NCBI GenBank assembly: GCA_963733345.1
Contig: CAVTDX010000109.1
Coordinates: 1,786-65,785, forward strand
Direction: 5' to 3'
DNA from: an uncultured delta proteobacterium
GTDB lineage: Bacteria; Desulfobacterota; Syntrophorhabdia; Syntrophorhabdales; WCHB1-27
Length of the DNA: 64,000 nucleotides
A program made the position numbers and the translations under genes. The notes beneath the pieces are model-generated. The model was not told the DNA's origin, did no database searches, and saw only the letters and a program-made list of their open reading frames with translations. How positions within the stretch are numbered: the first letter of the stretch is position 1; each line of letters begins with the position of its first letter. This document shows, piece by piece, positions 56,699 through 64,000 of this stretch.

Positions 56699-57562
56699 AT
56701 GGCGACGATCAAGACGATAGGTGTTGTTGGCGCGGGTACGATGGGCAACGGCATTGCGCAGGTTGCCGCACAGGCCGGTTACGATGTCATTATGAGCGAT
56801 ATTGAGGACAGGTTTGTACAGAACGGCTTGAAGAACATCGACAAGATTCTTTCAAGAAACGTGGAAAAGGGCAGAATGACCGCGGACGACAAGAACGCGG
56901 TCATCGGCAGGATCAAAGGCACGACGAAGACAGAGGACATGAAGGATGCGGACCTAGTCGTAGAGGTCATCCTCGAGGTAATGGACCTCAAGAAAAAGGT
57001 ATTCAAGCAGCTCGACGAGATCACGAAAAAAGACGCGATCCTCGCTACCAACACGTCGTCCATGTCCATCACGGAGATCGCCTCCGCCACCGCGAGGCCC
57101 GACAAGGTCGTCGGCATGCACTTCTTCAACCCGGTGCCCCTCATGAGGCTGGTCGAAGTGATCAGGGGCATCAAGACGAGCGACGAGACCGTGGCAACCA
57201 CCATGGAGTTATCGAAAAAACTGGGAAAAGAGCCTGTTGAAGTGAAGGTCGACGTTCCCGGTTTCCTCGCGAACAGGCTCATGATCGCCGTTGCCATCGA
57301 AGCCGTAAGACTGTACGAGGAGGGCATGGCCTCCAAAGAGGACATCGACAAGGCGGCAAAGCTCGGTCTAAACTATCCCATGGGCCCCTTCGAGCTGATG
57401 GACCTCACGGGCATCGACATCAACTACCACGTGATGGACTACTTCCACAAAGAGCTGCCGAAAGAGCTGAAATGGGACCCGCCCCTATCGATCAAGAACA
57501 TGGTGAAAGCCGGCGTGCTCGGCAGGAAGACGGGCGCGGGATGGTACGACTACAACAAATAG
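56699..57562 (+). CDS. 3-hydroxyacyl-CoA (3-hydroxybutyryl-CoA) dehydrogenase
   Basis: IGVVGAGTMGNGIAQV..NTSS.SIT..GMHFFNPVP.M.LVE..PGF..NR... Confidence 0.9.
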   Translation: MATIKTIGVVGAGTMGNGIAQVAAQAGYDVIMSDIEDRFVQNGLKNIDKILSRNVEKGRMTADDKNAVIGRIKGTTKTEDMKDADLVVEVILEVMDLKKKVFKQLDEITKKDAILATNTSSMSITEIASATARPDKVVGMHFFNPVPLMRLVEVIRGIKTSDETVATTMELSKKLGKEPVEVKVDVPGFLANRLMIAVAIEAVRLYEEGMASKEDIDKAAKLGLNYPMGPFELMDLTGIDINYHVMDYFHKELPKELKWDPPLSIKNMVKAGVLGRKTGAGWYDYNK

Positions 57563-57576
57563 CGAAGGGGGCTTCT

Positions 57577-58357
57577 ATGGCGTATGAAGCGCTGCTGCTG
57601 GAAAAAGAGGAAGGCGTCGCGATCGTCAAGCTGAACAGGCCCCCCGTCAATTCGCTCACCGTCGGAGCATACCGGGAAATCTACGACGCCTTTTGCGAGC
57701 TCGAAAAAGACGATTCGGTGCGGGCCGTTATTTTCACCGCAGTCGGCGAGAAAGTCTTCACCGCGGGCCTTGACGTAAAAGAAGTAGCGGGGAAGTCGGT
57801 ATCGGAGTATTACGCCTTTGGAAGGATCGCCAGAGGCTGCGTCGATAAGATTGCGGGCATCGGCAAACCCACGATTGCCGCGGTCTTCGGCTTCGTGCTC
57901 GGCGGCGCCCTCGAGCTTGCCCTCGCCTGCGATCTGAGGATTGCCTCGGCCGATGCAAAGATGGGCTGCCCCGAGGTCAACCTCGGCATTATTCCCGGCT
58001 CCGGCGGCACCCAGAGACTGCCGAGGCTTATCGGGGTCGGGAAAGCAAAAGAACTCCTGTTCACGGGCGATACCGTGAGCGCAGATGAAGCTTGCCGGAT
58101 AGGCCTCGTCAACAAGGTCGTGCCGAGAGAGGCCTTGCTGGACGAGGCGAAGGCCTGGGCGAAGAAGCTGGCGGCCAAGCCGAGGGTGGCCCTCAGCGTG
58201 CTGAAGAGGGCCGTCGACAACGGCATAAACATGGATATCAGCTGCGGGGATCACGTTCGAGAATGAATGCTTTGTCGCTACTTACCTGTCGGAGGACGGG
58301 AGAGAAGGCTTTCAGGCCTTTATAGAGAAAAGAAAACCGGTCTTCAAGGGCAGATAG
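57577..58357 (+). CDS. Enoyl-CoA hydratase (crotonase family); apparent +1 frameshift near 58237
   Basis: VKLNRPPVNSL..AAVFGFVLGGALELALACDLRIAS. The conserved tail ITFENECFVATYLSEDGREGFQAFIEKRKPVFKGR* is in the neighbouring frame. Confidence 0.85.
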
Positions 58358-58372
58358 CCCCTTCCTTATTTA

Positions 58373-58505
58373 GGTTGGGGGGACACTCCTCAAAATCGGA
58401 GTGGGGACACCCCTCCGAAGGTGAAACGGCGAGAGGAGTGTCCCCACAACCGTTATCGAGAGGGGTGTCCCCCCTCCAGATTTATCGAGGGGGCAACGGT
58501 AAGCC
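58373..58505. repeat. REP-like cluster 5: four units (2 forward, 2 reverse) plus a conserved tail
   Basis: 58373-91, 58398-416, 58428-51, 58458-77. Tail AGATTTATCGAGGGGGCAACGGTAAGCC (58478-58505) resembles the tail of cluster 3. Confidence 0.9.
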
Positions 58506-58537
58506 GAAGGCAATAGACCTACATCAAGGAGGGTTTC

Positions 58538-59722
58538 ATGTCGAGAAACGCAGTAATATTGGGAGGCGGTCAGGGCAAGTGGGGCGTAAGGGAAGCCCAC
58601 ATCATGGACCTGTTCCAGGAAGCGGGCAAGGCTTGTCTCGATGATATACCGGGGCTCAAACCCCTGGATATAGACGGGATCATTGTGGCCACGTCGTATG
58701 CCGGCAGGTGCTCTTTCCAGGTAAACACGGCGCCCGTCGTCGCGGAGAGGCTCGGGTTGAAGCCGACGTCCATCTGTACGCGCTGCGACACGCTTTGCGC
58801 GGGCGGGAGCACGGCCATCATTCTCGCGAAAGGACTCGTCGAGTCGGGAAATGCGGATATCGTCATGGCGATCGGAGGCGAAAAGCTGTACACGCCCCAG
58901 AAATGGGAGGTCTTCTACAGCGAGCTCGCATCCGTCGACCACGACTGGGAAGCTACCCACGGCATGGGCCTGCCGCCGCCATTCTTCTCATTGACCGCAC
59001 AGGAGCACATGATTCACTACGGGACAAAGAAGGAAGACCTTGCGGCCGTCTCCGTGGCCAACTATAATTACGCCTCCGATAACCCGGTGGCGCAGATGCA
59101 GAAGAGGCTGACCCTGGAAGAGGCGATGAGCGCGCCTTCGGTCGTCCCGCCCCTGACGCTTTACGATTGCTGCCCTATTACGGACGGCGCGGCGGCGTGC
59201 ATCATCACCACCGATGAAATAGCGAAGAAGTACACGAACAGACCCCTCGTCTACCTGAGGGGCTGCGCGCAGGCGTCCCTCTCGAGCCTTTCAGTGAACT
59301 TCCCGGGCGAGCACCTTGCCGACTGGAAGCACACGAGGGTAGCCGCGGAGAAGGCATACAAGAGGGCCAAGGTCTCCCCGAGCGACGTGAAGGTAGCCCA
59401 GACGCACGACTGCTTTACCATTTCGGAAGTTATCGAAGTGGAGGAGCTCGGTTTCTGCAAGAAAGGCGAGGGAGGACAATTCTGCGCCTCAAAGCAGATC
59501 GAGATAGACGGCAAGGTCCCCGTCAACACGGACGGCGGTCTCCTGGCCGTCGGCCATCCCTTCGGCGGAACGGGCATCAGGCAGGGCATCGAGATCATGA
59601 AGCAGCTCCAGGGCAGGGCGCGCCATCAGGTGAAAGGCGCGGACATCGGTCTCACCCACAACCTGAGCGGGGCGAACGCCGAGCACACCATAGTCATATA
59701 CGGATTGGAACCAGTAAAATAA
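58538..59722 (+). CDS. Thiolase-like (SCP-x type) protein, paralogue of 43413..44594
   Basis: AAGGAGG RBS. ..RCDTLCAGGSTA..CFTISEVIEVEELGF..NTDGGLLAVGHPFGGTG. Confidence 0.85.
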   Translation: MSRNAVILGGGQGKWGVREAHIMDLFQEAGKACLDDIPGLKPLDIDGIIVATSYAGRCSFQVNTAPVVAERLGLKPTSICTRCDTLCAGGSTAIILAKGLVESGNADIVMAIGGEKLYTPQKWEVFYSELASVDHDWEATHGMGLPPPFFSLTAQEHMIHYGTKKEDLAAVSVANYNYASDNPVAQMQKRLTLEEAMSAPSVVPPLTLYDCCPITDGAAACIITTDEIAKKYTNRPLVYLRGCAQASLSSLSVNFPGEHLADWKHTRVAAEKAYKRAKVSPSDVKVAQTHDCFTISEVIEVEELGFCKKGEGGQFCASKQIEIDGKVPVNTDGGLLAVGHPFGGTGIRQGIEIMKQLQGRARHQVKGADIGLTHNLSGANAEHTIVIYGLEPVK

Positions 59723-59733
59723 GGAGGTCTACG

Positions 59734-60231
59734 ATGTCCGCAACAGGAGTCCCAATACTTGAGAACCTTTATCCCGTCACAATGGATCTTTGGCCCGTGG
59801 AGGCCAAAGAGTTCAATATGGTGTGGCCTTTTTACGAGAACCTGAAGCAGGGGAGATTCACGACGACGAAGTGCAAGGACTGCGGTCATGTCGCCTTCCC
59901 TCCCAGGGGCGTCATCTGCCCGGCCTGCTACTCGCAGAGCCTGGAGTACATAGACCTGCCCAAGAAGGGCAGAGTCGTCGTCCTCTCCGAAGAGGTGAAG
60001 GGCGTGCCCTTAGGCTATGAATCGCCCCTGATCCATGCGGTCATCCAGTTTGACGGTCCGGTCAAGAGGATGATAAGCAAGATCGTCAACTGCCCGGCGG
60101 GCGCCCTGCAGCGCGGCGACGAGGTGGAGCTTGTCGTGTTCGATGTCCCTGCTATGCCCATCGAAAAGGGAAGAGCAGGCACGATCATGGCGGAACGCGT
60201 CTTTTTCGCGTTTCAGCCCGTAAAGAAGTAG
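59734..60231 (+). CDS. DUF35 OB-fold/zinc-ribbon protein, paralogue of 42996..43409
   Basis: CKDCGHVAFPPRGVCPAC zinc ribbon plus an OB fold. Confidence 0.8.
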   Translation: MSATGVPILENLYPVTMDLWPVEAKEFNMVWPFYENLKQGRFTTTKCKDCGHVAFPPRGVICPACYSQSLEYIDLPKKGRVVVLSEEVKGVPLGYESPLIHAVIQFDGPVKRMISKIVNCPAGALQRGDEVELVVFDVPAMPIEKGRAGTIMAERVFFAFQPVKK

Positions 60232-60259
60232 GGCAACGAAGAAAGACGCGCTTACGAAA

Positions 60260-60303
60260 GGCCCATCGGGCCCCGGCGGCCGCGATGGGCCTTTGTTTGA
60301 TTT
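60260..60303 (+). terminator. Rho-independent terminator
   Basis: GGCCCATCG (60260-68) pairs with CGATGGGCC (60283-91) across a 14-nt loop, followed by TTTGTTTGATTT. Confidence 0.65.
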
Positions 60304-60417
60304 CCTACCGCCGCCTTGCGCGCGGCGCTTTCTAGTGAAATGTGTAGATGAGAAGGATCGCGGAGGCGCGTCTCGAGTCTCGCCGGGGCCATAAAACCAC
60401 ACGATGGAGGTGTCGAT

Positions 60418-61182
60418 ATGTCGCAGGAAGGAAGACTCGCGTTGGTAACGGGCGCTTCGATGCCTCACGGCATCGGGAGGGCCGCGGCCCTCGCGCTCGC
60501 GCGGGACGGAGCAAACGTCGCAGTCACGGGCTTCAACAACATGAACGGCGTCAGGTCCGTGGCCGAGGAGATCAGGGCCATGGGGCGCAAGACCCTGGCA
60601 GTGAGAATGAACGGAAGGGACTATGAGGATGTCAAGAGGGCCTTTGCAACCATTAAGAGCGAGCTCGGACCGGTCAACATCCTCGTTAACAACGCCGCCC
60701 AGATGCGCCACATGGTGACCATCGCCAAGACCACCATAGAGGAATGGGACGCAGAGATCAAGCTCTGCCTCAACTCCGCTTTTTACTGCATCAAGGAAGC
60801 CTGGCCGGACATGTGCGCCAACAAGTTCGGCCGCATCGTCAACATGACTTCGGTTGCCGGCGTCATGGGCGGCTCGGGCCAGTCGAGCTACGGCGCGGCG
60901 AAAGCGGGTCTCATCGGCCTGGCGAAGTCGGCCGCCCTGGAGGGCGCCCGCTTCAACATCACTGTCAACTGCGTGCTTGTGGGGACCGCAAATACCGAGG
61001 CGTACTATGAGCCGATCGCGCCGGAGATCCGTGAGAGGTTCGAGAAGAGGATAGCCCTTCGCAGGCCCGCTGAACCCGAGGAGATCGGCGAAGCCATCGC
61101 ATATGCCGTGTCCGACAACGCGAAGTACATGACAGGGGCGGTCGTCAATATGCTGGGCGGCATGGACCTGTTCGTCTTCTGA
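60418..61182 (+). CDS. Short-chain dehydrogenase/reductase (FabG-like 3-oxoacyl reductase)
   Basis: LVTGASMPHGIG..NNAA..SSYGAAKAG (YxxxK) ..PEEIGEAIAY..S..A.YMTG. Confidence 0.85.
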   Translation: MSQEGRLALVTGASMPHGIGRAAALALARDGANVAVTGFNNMNGVRSVAEEIRAMGRKTLAVRMNGRDYEDVKRAFATIKSELGPVNILVNNAAQMRHMVTIAKTTIEEWDAEIKLCLNSAFYCIKEAWPDMCANKFGRIVNMTSVAGVMGGSGQSSYGAAKAGLIGLAKSAALEGARFNITVNCVLVGTANTEAYYEPIAPEIRERFEKRIALRRPAEPEEIGEAIAYAVSDNAKYMTGAVVNMLGGMDLFVF

Positions 61183-61255
61183 AAGGCCGGCCTGAAAGAC
61201 GGCCGTACGCGCGACATAGCCAAAACGCTCGGTTCGTGAATCTTAGGGAACGGGC

Positions 61256-62943
61256 ATGACGAAGATGCTGATCGGAATCGATGTGGGAGGCACCTATACC
61301 GACGGCGTCCTTTTTTCCGAAGGGTCTGTCGTCATGAGCGTCAAGCGCCCCACGGACGAGGGAGATCTGAAGGGAACGCTCATTACCGTTCTCGATGAGC
61401 TCCTCGCCGCAAGCAACGCTCACAGCATCCAAAGGGTCGTCCTGAGCACCACCCTTGTCGCGAACCTTCTGGCCGCCGAACGGGGGGAGCGCACCGCGCT
61501 CTTGCTTCTGCCCGGCAGCGGGCTGCCCTTTTCGGCTTACCGGATGAGTCCCGACGCCTATTTCCTGAAGGGCGCCATAGACTTCCGGGGCAGGCAGATC
61601 GAAGCGCCGGACGAAAAAGAGATCGAAGGGGTCTTGCAGGAGATTGACCGGCTGGCCATTCGTCGGGTGGCTGTGGCAGGTAAGTTTTCCAACCGCAACG
61701 ACCGGCATGAAATGCTCGTCAGGAACTTGATCCGGGCCCGTTATCCCCACATCGATGCGTGCACGAGCAACGAGACATCCGGACGCCTTAATTTCCCCCG
61801 CCGCGCAGCGACCTGCTATTATACGGCCATGACGCTCAAGGAATGGAACGCCTTTGCCGATGCGATCGAGAAGGCCCTGGCGGTGAGACTTCCCGGTTGC
61901 GATCTCCACATACTAAAAGCGGACGGCGGGACAATGCCGCTCGAAGCGAGCCGCAGAAGACCTTGCGAGACTATCTTTTCCGGGCCTGCCGCTAGCACGA
62001 TGGGAGGCGCGGCCTTGAGCCGGGAACCTCTCAATTCCGTGGTGGCAGACATCGGAGGCACCACTTCCGACATTTCGCTGCTTATCGAGGGACAACCTCT
62101 CTACGCGTCGAAAGGGGCCTTAATCGGAGGGCGCCTGACCCACATCCGGTCCTTTGCCGTCAACTCCATAGCCATGGGCGGAGACAGCGTCGTTTCCGAA
62201 GAGTCCGGAGGGCTTAAGGTGGGGCCGGAACGCTTAGGACCGGCAGCCTGTCTTGGCGGGGAAGCGCCGACTGTGACCGATGCGCTCAACGTCCTGCTCA
62301 AGTTGCACATCGGGGATGAAGGCGCCTCCGGATCGAGGCTTGAGCCGGTTGCCGCGAGTCTGGGCCGGCCTCTTCCGGCGCTTTGCCGCAGCGTCGCGGA
62401 CCGGGTCGTAGAGACATTGCTCAAGAGCATTCGCGACATGTTTCGCCGGTGGGAGGATGAGCCTGCCTACAAGGTGTGGGAGGTAGCAAGCCGCAAGAAG
62501 TTCGCCCTTCACCGGTTGATCGGCATCGGCGCCGCGGCGCCGGCTATCGTCCCGATGCTCGCCAAGGAGTCGGGGTCGAGCATTTTCTGCACCACCATTC
62601 GCCTGTGGCAAACGCCCTGGGCGCGGCGCTGGCCAGGCCCACACTGGAAGTGCAGGTCCACGTAGACACCCAGAACAGGGTGTACACCGTTTCACCGGGG
62701 GGCTTCAGCGGCCCTATCGAGGACCGTAATTATCAGATCGAGGACGCAAGGCAGCTGGCGCGCCGTTTTCTCAAGGAGATCGGCAGCGAGAGGGGTCTTT
62801 CAGCCTACGCCGACGAGGCCCAGGTCTACCTTGAGGAGCAATTCAACATCATCCGGGGCCGGGGCCCGGTCGGGAAGCTCTTTGACGTGGGCATCCAGAT
62901 CGCGCCGGGGTTTGTGCACGGTTATGAGGGGGCCGCGCAATGA
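61256..62943 (+). CDS. Hydantoinase/oxoprolinase (HyuA-like) family protein; apparent -1 frameshift near 62575
   Basis: IGIDVGGTYTDGVL..SGPAAS..VADIGGTTSDISL in ORF 61256... ..SPVANALGAALA.. and the C-terminus are in ORF 62476..62943. Confidence 0.8.
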
Positions 62944-64000
62944 AGCCGACGGGCGTGCTCTTTTTCCCGGCCTTCGACTGGGCCATCAGTCCCACCCATC
63001 CCGAAAGGGAAGAGAGGCTGCTCTACACCCGCGACCAGATCTTCGAAGAGGGGATCATGGACATGCCCGAGGTCAGGGAGTATCATCCCCGCCTCGCCAC
63101 GGCCAAGGAGATATCCCGCGTCCATTTTTGCGTCCCCGACGTGCAGAGCCGCGTCGAGCAGGCCCATCTGGTCGCGGCCGGCTCGACCCTGGTGATGGCC
63201 GATGCCTTTATGCGGGGAGAGGTGAAGAACGCCTTTGCCATCATAAGACCTCCGGGCCATCATGCCATGACCGTCTGCCACGGAAACAGGGGTTTTTGCG
63301 ACATAAACAACGAGGCCGTCATGGTGGAGCACCTGCGCCGGACATACGGCGTAAAGCGGATCGCCATCGTCGATACGGACGTCCATCACGGGGACGGCAC
63401 GCAGGAAATATTCTGGCACGACCCGGACGTGCTCTTTATTTCTTTCCATCAGGACGGGCGCACCCTCTACCCGGGGTCCGGCTTTACCGAAGAGCTGGGC
63501 GGCCCGACGGCCTACGGGACAACGATCAACGTCCCCCTGGCGCCGGGGACGACGGACGAGGGGATCCATTATATTCTCGATAATCTCGCGCTGCCGCTCC
63601 TCGAAGAGTTCAAGCCCGACGTGGTAATCAATTCGGCGGGTCAGGATAATCACTACAGCGACCCCCTGGCGAGCATGAGGTTCACCGCCAGGGGCTATGC
63701 GGTCCTCAGCCGGAAGCTGCGGCCCGACATAGCGGTCCTGGAAGGGGGATATTCGATCGAGACGGCCCTGCCTTACATCAACATGGGGATCATCATGGCC
63801 ATGGCCGGGATCGACTTTTCAAACCTGCGCGAGCCTGATTACGACCCGGACCGGTTCAGGGAATCCCCGGAAAACATGGAGTACGTCAAGGCCCTTGCGG
63901 CAAAGCAACTGGCCGCCTTCCGCGGCCGCGAGGCCGTCGTGGAGGGGATTCGCAAGAAAGGGCGCGCCTTTGAGACGGGGTCGCGCGATATATTCTACGA
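62940..64000 (+). CDS. Histone deacetylase-family (AcuC/APAH-like) amidohydrolase, 3' partial (runs off the window)
   Basis: My translation from ATG 62940 (ATGA overlap): ..IIRPPGHHA..VDTDVHHGDGTQEIF..ISFHQDG..LYPGSG. The frame is open to 64000. Confidence 0.85.
   Translation, partial: MKPTGVLFFPAFDWAISPTHPEREERLLYTRDQIFEEGIMDMPEVREYHPRLATAKEISRVHFCVPDVQSRVEQAHLVAAGSTLVMADAFMRGEVKNAFAIIRPPGHHAMTVCHGNRGFCDINNEAVMVEHLRRTYGVKRIAIVDTDVHHGDGTQEIFWHDPDVLFISFHQDGRTLYPGSGFTEELGGPTAYGTTINVPLAPGTTDEGIHYILDNLALPLLEEFKPDVVINSAGQDNHYSDPLASMRFTARGYAVLSRKLRPDIAVLEGGYSIETALPYINMGIIMAMAGIDFSNLREPDYDPDRFRESPENMEYVKALAAKQLAAFRGREAVVEGIRKKGRAFETGSRDIFY

Overview
High-GC (about 60%) bacterial chromosome segment from an apparent anaerobe (class III ribonucleotide reductase, a glycyl-radical enzyme, LarB/LarC, a DciA-type helicase loader). 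Core blocks are ffh-rpsP-KH-rimM-trmD-rplS-rnhB-yraN, metG-PSP1-holB-tmk, efp-pepP, nrdD-grx-nrdG, uvrB-uvrC, tRNA-His, and acyl-CoA/beta-oxidation-like clusters with two thiolase+DUF35 modules. A lower-GC accessory island at about 5.5-12.5 kb carries hicBA, an HNH endonuclease, a WG-repeat lipoprotein and two tandem HEPN-motif genes. Other unexplained structure: (1) a 1.28-kb near-perfect palindrome at the left edge with its axis inside an hsp20 gene; (2) a G-rich REP/BIME-like palindromic repeat family in five intergenic clusters; (3) an orphan Cas6-like gene at the end of the nrdDG operon; (4) an orphan glycyl-radical enzyme with an atypical Cys loop and no adjacent activase; (5) three tandem-repeat arrays and a 276-bp element bounded by 20-bp inverted repeats; (6) short fragments of dnaB, a receiver domain and citrate synthase. 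At least 13 genes, including essential ffh and rimM, carry apparent single-base frameshifts or a premature stop, mostly at short homopolymers. This points to an error-prone assembly, so pseudogene calls are provisional. No rRNA, CRISPR array, integrase or transposase was seen.
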